A DNA stretch of 64,000 nucleotides from an uncultured delta proteobacterium. GTDB lineage: Bacteria > Desulfobacterota > Syntrophia > Syntrophales > UBA8958. The stretch covers positions 2,365 through 66,364 of the forward strand of contig CAISJV010000007.1 in the NCBI GenBank assembly GCA_903885795.1, given 5' to 3'. The notes beneath the pieces were generated by a model that had not been told where the DNA came from, searched no databases, and worked only from the letters and a program-made list of their open reading frames with translations. The translations under genes were made by a program, and so were the position numbers. Of the stretch, positions 37,271 to 46,200 are shown one piece after another (position 1 is the first letter of the stretch; the number at the start of each line of letters is the position of its first letter).

Positions 37271-37995
37271 AACACATCTGCCTGAGAGCTGATGGGCGCA
37301 GCAGTGGGCGATGGCAAAATAACATGCTGACTGCTGCCGCCTGTTGATTTACTTTTCGAGACAGATGCGCCAATTGACGCCGCCACACTTGCCCACTTTA
37401 TGTAATGTACCAACTCCTGCGAGTTATGGGCTTTAAGAAAAACCGGGTTTCCGCTTTCATCTTTAACATTTACAAACCTCAGCAGTTCCTGCTCATCATA
37501 TTCTGACTCATCCCCGATTGCCACCGCCAAACGCACCGCCTTTTTCCCCCAAGGCAAATTGTTAAGCTTTTCAATTGCAGCAACATATCCATCAGGATTA
37601 GTGCAAAAACCATCGGATAATAATAGACAGACGGGCGGATACCCGCGTCGCGGCATCATCTCCACATCAAGTGCATCGAGCAAGATGGAAATAGCTTGAT
37701 TCGTTTCTGTTCCACCAGAAGCAGTTAAATCATTCCAATAAGCATTGTCTATCGGATCAGCCGAAGTAAGCGATCCAATATGCCAGCTTGCGGTGTTGGA
37801 GAATTTGATGGCCCGAAACTTTACGCAGACTTCGGGATGACCCTGTACGGCATCCCGTATGGCAGGTAAAGCCTCTGCGACCGCGTGATTGAGTGAAGCA
37901 ATCTTGGCGCCGCCCATAGATCCTGAACAGTCAACCAGCATAAAAAAGTGTAAATCCCTCTTTACAACCTCATTCGGTAATTCTGGTGTCGACAT
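37267..37995 (-). CDS. TerY-like von Willebrand factor A domain protein
   Basis: MIDAS motif in FFMLVDCSGSMGG, followed by SLNHAV..ALPAI as in TerY-type vWA proteins. AAGGAGG SD. Confidence 0.85.
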   Translation of the reverse strand: MSTPELPNEVVKRDLHFFMLVDCSGSMGGAKIASLNHAVAEALPAIRDAVQGHPEVCVKFRAIKFSNTASWHIGSLTSADPIDNAYWNDLTASGGTETNQAISILLDALDVEMMPRRGYPPVCLLLSDGFCTNPDGYVAAIEKLNNLPWGKKAVRLAVAIGDESEYDEQELLRFVNVKDESGNPVFLKAHNSQELVHYIKWASVAASIGASVSKSKSTGGSSQHVILPSPTAAPISSQADVF

Positions 37996-38106
37996 AAAAA
38001 CCTCCTTTTCATTGTATTACGCATATTACGTCATAGACCCTGGTCAGTCTACGAAGACATTATCAACCCAGGTATCAAATTTGTAAATATTTAGAATAAA
38101 CGCCAA

Positions 38107-38793
38107 TTACTTCGTTCCTGTTTGCTTATTAACCACATCTTCCAGCGTGGAGGTAAGTCTCTCCATATTTATCGCAAGAATAATTCCTGATGATTTGTCT
38201 GGGGATATGCCATTTTCCTTTCTCATGTTTTCCAGTCTGGTTTCAGCAGCTACATCAGCTGCCGCACCAGGCTGCCCAAGAACGCCCGCTATTATAGCTC
38301 CAGCATAACCCATTGCGGTCTTTGTTGATGCTGACATTTCACTAAGCTCTCTTTGATTTTTTGAATCAAACACAATCACCTTCAAAAAGTCATTGGATGT
38401 CATATTCTTGTTAATTACAGGAAAGATAATTGTTCCAGTCGATACATCTTTATATGCCAAGGCGTCTTCCAATTCACTAACTCCTTTTTTATCGGTTGGT
38501 TGAATAAATTTTCTTCCAAAAATGGACTCCTCTGTATAAATATCAGGGCTCTCCAGTGCCTTTATATCTATTGAGAAAATGTAACCTTTTAATGGAAATT
38601 GCTTTTCCGGACATACTATCCATACTTTGTCTTGTAGCTCCCTTACATTGGCATTAACCCCATAAGATACCTTAATATTGTTTATGAGCGAATCCTTCAT
38701 TTTATTAAATTTCTCTTGCTCGCTTGGTCCACAACCAACGATCAATAATACTGTGAATAAAAATGAAGACATTGAAATCTTAGACTTGAACAT
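38107..38793 (-). CDS. lipoprotein of unknown function
   Basis: Signal peptide with LLIVGC lipobox, AGGAGGG SD, very AT-rich gene. Confidence 0.6.
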   Translation of the reverse strand: MFKSKISMSSFLFTVLLIVGCGPSEQEKFNKMKDSLINNIKVSYGVNANVRELQDKVWIVCPEKQFPLKGYIFSIDIKALESPDIYTEESIFGRKFIQPTDKKGVSELEDALAYKDVSTGTIIFPVINKNMTSNDFLKVIVFDSKNQRELSEMSASTKTAMGYAGAIIAGVLGQPGAAADVAAETRLENMRKENGISPDKSSGIILAINMERLTSTLEDVVNKQTGTK

Positions 38794-39091
38794 GATCGCC
38801 CTCCTAATTCTTCACTATCCCCCATGCCCGGCGCAGGCGCAACGAAGGGTGAAAACAAATTTGCTTCAAAATCACCGCCCAAAAATAGTTCGACGCGTAG
38901 AAACAACATAAATACTCGTTATAATTGATACATTGGCGATGCGCTTTGCCATTTTGATCTCAAATATTTTCAGATTTTGGATGGCTGCTTCAGCACTCAT
39001 AACTTCCTTTTTCGTCATTCCGGCGACTTTTTTCATCACCCTGTCCAAGTCTCCCTCACGTCGGCGGTTTGTATAGGCATCGGATACCTCA

Positions 39092-39460
39092 TTACAAGTT
39101 TGGTTTGTCGTCTTTTTCTTTTCCTGCTTTCTTCGCCATCAGATCGCGCCAGCGGGCCTGGTTCGCATCCCGGGATTTTGATTGTACCCGGACCTGGAGG
39201 TTGTTTTCCTCTTCTCGCAGGCAGATCTCGATGTTATCTTTGGGATAAATCGCCTGCTTACCCGTGACGAGGGAAGCGGCGGTGATTGATGCGGTCTTGC
39301 CTACCTGCCAGCCCATGTCGAGGGCTTTCAGGCGTATCGTCTGGGCGTCAACATTCAAAATCTTGTGGGAGTTGAAACAGACATCGGCGGGGAACGCCGG
39401 GGAGGTAAAAAGGATAAGAGCAGTTGCGATTTTCAAGACCAGAAATCTGTGACGACTCAT
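39092..39460 (-). CDS. secreted protein of unknown function
   Basis: 122 aa, cleavable-type signal peptide (ILFTSPAFPA/D), Lys-rich tail. Confidence 0.55.
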   Translation of the reverse strand: MSRHRFLVLKIATALILFTSPAFPADVCFNSHKILNVDAQTIRLKALDMGWQVGKTASITAASLVTGKQAIYPKDNIEICLREEENNLQVRVQSKSRDANQARWRDLMAKKAGKEKDDKPNL

Positions 39461-39475
39461 GGGCGCTCCATCTTG

Positions 39476-39634
39476 TCAATCCTGAGACTGTAACCTGATT
39501 GTTCGGAAGTTATTCCATACTATAAAACCATATATTCCACAAACAATGATTCCCAATGTTATGCCTGTATTTTCATCCAACAAGGCCATCATCAACAGAA
39601 TAATAATGACCATTGGGAGGCGGTCATCTTTCAT
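39476..39634 (-). CDS. unannotated 52-aa membrane mini-ORF (below track threshold)
   Basis: MKDDRLPMVIIILLMMALLDENTGITLGIIVCGIYGFIVWNNFRTIRLQSQD: two hydrophobic helices. Overlaps the end of the upstream ORF by 11 nt and ends 15 nt before the next ATG. Confidence 0.35.
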   Translation of the reverse strand: MKDDRLPMVIIILLMMALLDENTGITLGIIVCGIYGFIVWNNFRTIRLQSQD

Positions 39635-39824
39635 GGAGATCATCCTTTGAGGGGATTACAATCTTTTCCACTTTGATAGGGTTCAGAAACAACTTTGCAA
39701 AGCGATCCCCTTTTTTTTGGATGGGTCTGACAACCACCTTCAGTTCAACTTCACGAAATTCATCAGGTAGTTTCACAAACCTGCTCATTTCTCTCCCGGA
39801 TATAACTGTTGAATAACTTTTCAT
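39624..39824 (-). CDS. hypothetical 66-aa protein
   Basis: ATG start, co-directional and 39 nt downstream of the DUF433 gene; no motif recognised. Confidence 0.45.
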   Translation of the reverse strand: MKSYSTVISGREMSRFVKLPDEFREVELKVVVRPIQKKGDRFAKLFLNPIKVEKIVIPSKDDLHER

Positions 39825-39863
39825 ACCTTCACCTCTCTAAAATACTTCACTTTTCTTCACCAC

Positions 39864-40088
39864 CTATCCGAAAGCAATCTGCTCAGCGGCAAGATAATCA
39901 GCGGCAAACGCCTGGGCTGAATATATATCCTCATGGGTCAGATGAGGGTGATCCGCGATAATTTGATCGAGGGTCATGCCGCCTGACAGTTTCCTGAGAA
40001 TATGCTCCACCGTAATCCGCGTATTCTTGATTACAGGTTTCCCAAACATTATCTTCGGATTCATTTCAATCTTTTCATACGTCTTCAT
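39864..40088 (-). CDS. DUF433 domain protein (antitoxin-like HTH)
   Basis: FGKPVIKNTRITVEHILRKLSGGMTLDQIIADHPHLTHEDIYSAQAFAADYL matches the DUF433 pattern (GKP.I.GTRI.V..IL..L..G.s.eeI...yP.Lt.edI.aAl.YA). ATG at 40088 has a GGAGGG SD. Confidence 0.75.
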   Translation of the reverse strand: MKTYEKIEMNPKIMFGKPVIKNTRITVEHILRKLSGGMTLDQIIADHPHLTHEDIYSAQAFAADYLAAEQIAFG

Positions 40089-40351
40089 ACAACCCTCCAT
40101 GATCCCTGCATAGTACCCGTTTCAATAAGACATTTATGGTTTACTATACACTTTTTTATTTCTATCGGCTAAAAAATCATTATGCCACCGGATAGTCTCT
40201 CTATCATGATTCCTTCAATTCACCGACCAGCTCTTGCCGGTACAAATTTTCATCTATATGAATCTATTAAATAAAATGTCTTTACTTTCCGGGACGGGTT
40301 CATGTATCTTATTCATCAAATGATACTGGGGATCAATGGGAGGATCATTAC

Positions 40352-40447
40352 ATGACCATTAAAAGAGTTCTTATAGCTATAGCGGCGATTGCCTCACTGA
40401 TTATCGGTTGGATGCTATTAAATTGGACAGTTATAATAATTGATTAG
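40352..40447 (+). CDS. unannotated 31-aa hydrophobic mini-ORF
   Basis: GGGAGGA SD 7 nt upstream of the ATG; MTIKRVLIAIAAIASLIIGWMLLNWTVIIID. Confidence 0.3.
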   Translation: MTIKRVLIAIAAIASLIIGWMLLNWTVIIID

Positions 40448-40534
40448 AATATATTCGGCTTTGAGCGGCATAAGCCATTGACACAAGAAAATAAGCAGAC
40501 GTAGCATCTTTCTTGCGGATCGGAGGTGCAAGCA

Positions 40535-41557
40535 ATGAGAAAAATCATCGTCATGGTCATCATCGGTCTTCTAATCGCGGCAAACTCCTGGGCCGTAATC
40601 GTTACAGGATCAGGCCAGACAAAAGAAGAAGCCATCAATAACGGTCTGCGCGAAGCCGTCGAGATGTTCACTTCAACATTTGTATATGGGGTAACGGACG
40701 TTGAAAATTATCAGGTCCAGAAAGATCAGATTGTGGCGGCTTCCTCCGGCTATGTGAAGAATTACCGGATCATCAAAACCTCGAAGATGGATGATCTGAT
40801 CCTGATCACACTGGATGTCAAACTCTCTGAAGACAAGATTGAAGTCATTCTCAGAAAAAATGTTAAATTGATGACGGTTGAGGATGTCCTGAAGGATTAC
40901 AGCGATGTCACCCAGCGCCAGGATCAGATCAAAAAGTTGGTGGAGATGGTCAACATTGTGGCCAACAGACCGGTTCATGAAAAGTATGGGGTGACATACG
41001 AAGGATACGAGATCAAGCGTATCGGCGCCACAAAGGTTGATGTAATTCTGAATGTCATGGTTACCGAAAACCCCTTCTATCACAGAGCTTATAACGAGAT
41101 CCTGAAGAATCTTTCTGAACCCAACGATTCTGATGACGTATGGCTTCTGGGAGGAAACTATCGGATCGAGTCTAAGCGATTAATCAATTCGAAATATTAC
41201 ATTTCGAAAGACACTAACACGCCAAATACGGTGGACTGCGTCAAAGCCCAGATCCATGCCAATGGGAAACCAGTTGATAAATGCCGAGAGTACAGAGACA
41301 ATTTGTTGGTCGTTTATAGTCCGACAGAGTTCATCAAATCGTTTGTCATGTTATTCCCAAAGGAGTTTGTAAAGGGAATGAAGGAGGACGATACCCCCAT
41401 TGACAGCAAGTGGAATTACAAAGCTATCAAGAAGTCCAGGATCATCCCGCCAGAAGGCATCCCGCTGAAGATCAAGTATGTGATCAAAAATTCAGAGGAC
41501 ATCAAAGGATTGAAAAATCTGAAGATGTCTATGATGAATTGCGGCGAAACACAATAA
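40535..41557 (+). CDS. secreted protein of unknown function
   Basis: Signal peptide MRKIIVMVIIGLLIAANSWA, GGAGGTG SD, AT-rich gene, followed by a strong terminator. Confidence 0.6.
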   Translation: MRKIIVMVIIGLLIAANSWAVIVTGSGQTKEEAINNGLREAVEMFTSTFVYGVTDVENYQVQKDQIVAASSGYVKNYRIIKTSKMDDLILITLDVKLSEDKIEVILRKNVKLMTVEDVLKDYSDVTQRQDQIKKLVEMVNIVANRPVHEKYGVTYEGYEIKRIGATKVDVILNVMVTENPFYHRAYNEILKNLSEPNDSDDVWLLGGNYRIESKRLINSKYYISKDTNTPNTVDCVKAQIHANGKPVDKCREYRDNLLVVYSPTEFIKSFVMLFPKEFVKGMKEDDTPIDSKWNYKAIKKSRIIPPEGIPLKIKYVIKNSEDIKGLKNLKMSMMNCGETQ

Positions 41558-41578
41558 GCATCAACTCCATCTACAGGT

Positions 41579-41615
41579 AAAATCCCATCCGGGACCAGGT
41601 ACCGGATGGGATTTT
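41579..41615 (+). terminator. rho-independent terminator (possibly bidirectional)
   Basis: 14-bp perfect stem AAAATCCCATCCGG / CCGGATGGGATTTT with a 9-nt loop, then a T-rich tail. Confidence 0.75.
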
Positions 41616-41718
41616 ATTATATTCTTTTGACACGCCCCCCGATTTATTCTATAAGGTACCGATCTGATTGAATTCTGATGAATATTACATAACACACCAA
41701 GGAGGATTTCCTGAACCC

Positions 41719-42681
41719 ATGAATCCATCAACGGAATCAGCCCTTTATGATATCGTGATCGTCGGGGGAGGACCGGCGGGCTACACCGCCGGACTTTATG
41801 CCGCCCGTGCCGGCCTGAAGGCCCTGCTCATCTCCGGGGCCTCGACGGTAAGCCAGATCACCGTTACCGATCTCATCGAAAACTATCCCGGCATCCCTGC
41901 GGGCATCAATGGTTTTGAGCTTGTGGAAAGCTTCCGGAAACAGGCGGTAGCCTTCGGCCTGGAATGTATCACCGCCGACGTCCAGTCCCTGGAGACAATT
42001 AATCATGGAGAAAAGAAGGCCTGGAGAGTCCTGACGGACAGCCTGACTTACGAAACCCTTTCCTTGGTCATGGCCACCGGCGCCTACTGGCGCCACCTTG
42101 ACGTTCCCGGGGAGGAGGCATTTGCCGGACGGGGCGTCTCTTATTGCGCTACCTGTGACGGCCCCTTTTACCGAAAACGGGAAGTGGCGGTCGTCGGCGG
42201 CGGCAATACGGCGGTGCAAGAAGCCATTTTTCTGACTCATTTTGCGACCAAGGTGACCATTATCCACCGGCGCAACCGCTTGCGGGCCACCGGGATTCTC
42301 CAGCAGAGGGCCTTTGCCAACCCTAAAATCGAGATGGCCTGGAACGCCGTAGTAGAAGAAATCGGCGGCGTCAATGGGGTAGATTGGATAAGAATAAAGG
42401 ACGTAGTCACCGGCGCAACCCGGGAGATTCCCGCTGCCGGCGTCTTCATCTTCGTGGGCCTGATTCCCCAGACAACCCTTGTCAAAGACCTGGTTGCCCT
42501 CGAGAAAGACGGTGCCATCATCGTCGATCGGGACATGAAAACCTCAGCTCAGGGGATCTTCGCCTGCGGGGACTGCATCCACAAGTCTCTCCGCCAGGTT
42601 ATTACGGCCTGCGGCGACGGGGCAACAGCCGCCTACGCCGCCCAACTGTACGTCGAGGAGATCAAGGGAGAGGCATACTGA
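41719..42681 (+). CDS. trxB: thioredoxin-disulfide reductase
   Basis: DIVIVGGGPAGYTAG FAD loop, redox-active CATCDG, GGGNTAVQEA NADPH loop, GDC near the C-terminus. AAGGAGG SD. Confidence 0.9.
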   Translation: MNPSTESALYDIVIVGGGPAGYTAGLYAARAGLKALLISGASTVSQITVTDLIENYPGIPAGINGFELVESFRKQAVAFGLECITADVQSLETINHGEKKAWRVLTDSLTYETLSLVMATGAYWRHLDVPGEEAFAGRGVSYCATCDGPFYRKREVAVVGGGNTAVQEAIFLTHFATKVTIIHRRNRLRATGILQQRAFANPKIEMAWNAVVEEIGGVNGVDWIRIKDVVTGATREIPAAGVFIFVGLIPQTTLVKDLVALEKDGAIIVDRDMKTSAQGIFACGDCIHKSLRQVITACGDGATAAYAAQLYVEEIKGEAY

Positions 42682-42682
42682 G

Positions 42683-43516
42683 ATGGATGCCCTGATTGCT
42701 GCCTGGCGACACCTTCCCGGGCAGATCAACCCGAATTTCCTCGAATTTGGTTCCTTTCAGGTCCGCTACTACAGTCTTATGTATCTGGTCGCCTTCGCCC
42801 TGACCTATTTCCTTGTCATGTACCGGATCAGGGATGAAAAATATGGTTATACGGCGGAAACTATCCAGGACCTGATGATCTGGCTGATTATCGGACTGAT
42901 CTTGGGAGGCAGGCTGGGATATGTCTTGTTTTACAACTTCGATTACTATTTACATCGTCCCTGGGAGATCCTGCTGCCTTTCGATTTTTCCGATGGTATC
43001 CGCTTTGTGGGTATCAGCGGCATGTCTTTTCACGGCGGGGCAATCGGCGCCATACTCGCCGCCGCCATGTTCTGTAGAGGCCATCAGATAAATTTCTGGC
43101 GTATGGTAGATCTCTTCTGCCCGGCCATTCCCCTCGGTTACACCTTCGGTCGCATCGGCAACTTCATCAACGGCGAACTTTACGGACGAGCAACCGCCGT
43201 TCCCTGGGGCATGATATTCCCTCATGATCCGGAACAATTGCTCCGCCACCCTTCTCAGCTCTATGAGGCCTTCCTGGAAGGGATTGTCCTGTTTATCGTT
43301 TTATGGGCACTAAGAAAGAAAAGTCCCTTCGACGGATTTCTCCTCGCTGTTTATTTTATGGGCTATGGTCTGGTCAGGTTCTTCATCGAATTTTACCGGC
43401 AACCGGATGCACAACTGGGATATTACTTCGGCTTCCTGACAATGGGCCAGATCCTGTGTTTTGTCATGATCTCCTGCGGCGCCGGGGTCTTTCTTTACAG
43501 GAAGGGAAAAGCATAG
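42683..43516 (+). CDS. lgt: prolipoprotein diacylglyceryl transferase
   Basis: FQVRYYSLMY, GGRLGYVLFYN, GMSFHGG and GRIGNFINGELYG signature blocks. Confidence 0.9.
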   Translation: MDALIAAWRHLPGQINPNFLEFGSFQVRYYSLMYLVAFALTYFLVMYRIRDEKYGYTAETIQDLMIWLIIGLILGGRLGYVLFYNFDYYLHRPWEILLPFDFSDGIRFVGISGMSFHGGAIGAILAAAMFCRGHQINFWRMVDLFCPAIPLGYTFGRIGNFINGELYGRATAVPWGMIFPHDPEQLLRHPSQLYEAFLEGIVLFIVLWALRKKSPFDGFLLAVYFMGYGLVRFFIEFYRQPDAQLGYYFGFLTMGQILCFVMISCGAGVFLYRKGKA

Positions 43517-43562
43517 TATGAATTTCTCGACATTATTGAGAAAACCATAAGGAGAAGTCTGA

Positions 43563-44516
43563 ATGTCTACGGAAGTTCTCGGATGGATCGCCTTTGCTGT
43601 TCTCTTCATAGCAATGATAACCCTGGATCTGGTCGTCGGCCACAAGAAGGGCAAAGAGATCGACATCAAGGATTCTCTTAAATGGACGGGTTTCTGGATT
43701 AGCATCGCCCTGGTCTTTGGCATTGGAATCTACTTCTTCAAAGGGCAGACCAAGGCCCTCGAATTTCTGGCCGGTTATCTTCTCGAATATTCCCTGAGTG
43801 TCGATAATCTCTTTGTTTTTCTGATGATATTTACCTATTTTTCCGTGCCCCCGATGCATCAGCATACAGCCCTTTTCTGGGGAATCATGGGGGCCCTGGT
43901 GATGCGGGGAATTTTTATCGCCGTCGGTGTTGTCCTCGTCACCAAGTTCCAATGGCTGATTTATGTCTTTGGCGCCTTTCTTATCTATACGGCCATCAAA
44001 ATGGCCAAAGGACATGATGAGGAGATCCACCCGGAAAAAAATCCCATCCTGCGCCTCCTCCACAAGATGATGCCAGTAACTACAGATTACGGAAACGGCA
44101 AATTATTTCTTCATATTGACGGCATCCGCCACGCCACGCCGCTGCTTGCCGTTATCCTGGTCATTGGTCCGACCGACCTGATGTTCGCCCTCGATTCCAT
44201 TCCCGCCATCCTGGCCGTAACCACCGATCCGTTCATTGTCTACACATCCAATGTCTTTGCCCTTATGGGACTTCGATCGCTGTTCTTCGCCCTGGCCGGC
44301 CTGATGAGCATATTCCACTACATCCGTCACGGTCTGGTGGTTATCCTGATGTTTGTCGGCGTCAAGATGCTCCTTCAGGATCTCTTTCACATTCCCATCG
44401 GCTGGTCCCTGGGGTTCATCGCCGGGATCCTGGCGATCGCCGTGATCGCCTCCATCCTGCGCTCTAAAAAGGTAGAGATGGCCGTCAACCCGGAGGAAGA
44501 AAAGGATAACCCATAA
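43563..44516 (+). CDS. TerC-family integral membrane protein
   Basis: LLEYSLSVDNLFVF and a second DS-containing repeat (FALDSIPAI), about 9 TM segments. Confidence 0.85.
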   Translation: MSTEVLGWIAFAVLFIAMITLDLVVGHKKGKEIDIKDSLKWTGFWISIALVFGIGIYFFKGQTKALEFLAGYLLEYSLSVDNLFVFLMIFTYFSVPPMHQHTALFWGIMGALVMRGIFIAVGVVLVTKFQWLIYVFGAFLIYTAIKMAKGHDEEIHPEKNPILRLLHKMMPVTTDYGNGKLFLHIDGIRHATPLLAVILVIGPTDLMFALDSIPAILAVTTDPFIVYTSNVFALMGLRSLFFALAGLMSIFHYIRHGLVVILMFVGVKMLLQDLFHIPIGWSLGFIAGILAIAVIASILRSKKVEMAVNPEEEKDNP

Positions 44517-44559
44517 AAACAGTTTATTATCAAATAATCGTTTGTCGAAGGAGGGAATC

Positions 44560-44904
44560 ATGTCCGACGAAACAGCAATAATGACAGACATTCTCAAATC
44601 CAAAGCCCTTACCCTAAGCAGCATCGCGACCTATCAACCGGGGTCCATTGTCAGCCGGGAGATCATCAAGAAAACCACCGGCACGGTTACCGTTTTTGCC
44701 TTCGATGCCGGTCAGGGGCTGAGCGAACATACTGCCCCCTTTGATGCCCTAGTTTCCATCCTGGACGGAGAGGCGGAAATCAAGATTTCCAAGAAAACAT
44801 TCCGGCTCCAGGCAGGGGAATTCATCGTCATGCCCGCCCATGAACCCCACGCCCTCCAGGCGGTCAAAGCCTTTAAGATGATGCTGGTGATGATCAAGGA
44901 ATAG
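44560..44904 (+). CDS. cupin domain protein
   Basis: 114 aa from the ATG with a GAAGGAGGG SD; G.GLSEH.AP...G....G.....G....PA...H cupin motifs. Confidence 0.7.
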   Translation: MSDETAIMTDILKSKALTLSSIATYQPGSIVSREIIKKTTGTVTVFAFDAGQGLSEHTAPFDALVSILDGEAEIKISKKTFRLQAGEFIVMPAHEPHALQAVKAFKMMLVMIKE

Positions 44905-44915
44905 TTTCGGAAATT

Positions 44916-45797
44916 ATGACGACAATTCAACCCTTCCCTGGCAAAGCATCAAAATCCGAGCTGGCGCGCTGGCAAAAACTGGCCATGAGCAAATACCGAC
45001 GGCGGGAAGGGCTTTTCTTGGCCGAGGGGCGCAAAGTACTCGATGAGTTGTGGAAAAGCAGTTGGCAGATCGAAGCCCTCCTCGTAATGGCAGGAAAAGA
45101 GGACATCTATTCGCAATTTTTGGAACCCCGCCCCGGTTATCGGGACAACGGCAAAGCAACGCCGGGCGCCGGAACGGTTCAAAGTGGTAGTATGATCCAA
45201 AGGTATATCCTCTCGGAGAAAGAGTGGGGGAAACTCAGCCAGGACCAGGCGCCGGAAGGCGTCATGGCCGTCGTAAAAGTGCCGCTTCCCGGAAATTGGC
45301 AGGCGCGCCTCCAAGAGACGCCCGGACATGTCCTGCTTGTCGATGGCATCAACAACCCCAACAACCTGGGAGCGATCATGAGAACGGCCCACTGGTTCGG
45401 CTTCGCCATGGTGTTTCTGAGCGCAGGCGCGGTGGACTGGACCCATCCCAAGGTCGTGCGGACCTCCATGGGCAGCCTTTTTCATCTGGAGATTTTTGAT
45501 AACCTCAATTTCCATGAAATTCTTCCAGTTGTACGGACAACCCATCTATTGGTCGGCAGCGATATCCGTCACGGCGTCCCACCCCATCGGGAGGTAAAAA
45601 AAACCGCCCTGCTTCTGGGAAGTGAATCCCACGGCGTCCCCGACGAGTTCCTTGAGGCAATCGACGAACAATGGCATATACCGGGGGCAGGTCGCGCCGA
45701 ATCCCTTAGCCTTCCCCAGGCCGCGGCCATCATGATGTATGAACTTACCAAAGGGGGCATGCATGACGGAGTATCTCCAGATCATCACGACCACTGA
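44916..45797 (+). CDS. TrmH/SpoU-family RNA 2'-O-methyltransferase
   Basis: NPNNLGAIMRTA, LLLGSESHGV and SLSLPQAAAIMMYE motifs of the SPOUT class. Confidence 0.85.
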   Translation: MTTIQPFPGKASKSELARWQKLAMSKYRRREGLFLAEGRKVLDELWKSSWQIEALLVMAGKEDIYSQFLEPRPGYRDNGKATPGAGTVQSGSMIQRYILSEKEWGKLSQDQAPEGVMAVVKVPLPGNWQARLQETPGHVLLVDGINNPNNLGAIMRTAHWFGFAMVFLSAGAVDWTHPKVVRTSMGSLFHLEIFDNLNFHEILPVVRTTHLLVGSDIRHGVPPHREVKKTALLLGSESHGVPDEFLEAIDEQWHIPGAGRAESLSLPQAAAIMMYELTKGGMHDGVSPDHHDH

Positions 45798-46089
45798 AGA
45801 AAAAGCGGAGGCAGAAAGGATCGCCAGGGTGCTTATCGAGGGAAGACTGGCTGCCTGCGCCCAGATCATTGGCCCCATAACCAGCACGTACTCATGGAAG
45901 GGGCAAATAGAAACGTCCGAGGAGTGGCAATGCCTCATCAAAACCAGGGCCGATCTCTTCGGGGAGGTTGAAAGGTCTATCAAGTCGCTCCATTCATACG
46001 AAACGGCAGAGATTATCGCCATCCCCATCATCACGGGAAGTCGGGAATACCTGGACTGGATGGCAGGGTTGCTGCCACCGGAAATTTGA
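45763..46089 (+). CDS. cutA: divalent-cation tolerance protein CutA
   Basis: EAERIARVLIEGRLAACAQIIGPITSTYSWKGQIETSEEWQCLIKT is the typical CutA1 pattern. Overlaps the end of the methyltransferase gene. Confidence 0.85.
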   Translation: MTEYLQIITTTEEKAEAERIARVLIEGRLAACAQIIGPITSTYSWKGQIETSEEWQCLIKTRADLFGEVERSIKSLHSYETAEIIAIPIITGSREYLDWMAGLLPPEI

Positions 46090-46122
46090 TTTTTAAGATA
46101 TCCATTTCCGTAAACATATCCA

Positions 46123-46151
46123 TTGACAGAGAACATCAATCTCATTAAAGT
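46123..46151 (+). promoter_or_regulatory. candidate sigma-70 promoter upstream of the T6SS cluster
   Basis: TTGACA (46123-46128), 17-nt spacer, TAAAGT (46146-46151). Confidence 0.25.
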
Positions 46152-46200
46152 GACAAGCTATGACAATAAAAAGACTTCGCAGAACTGAACAACTTTGTTT

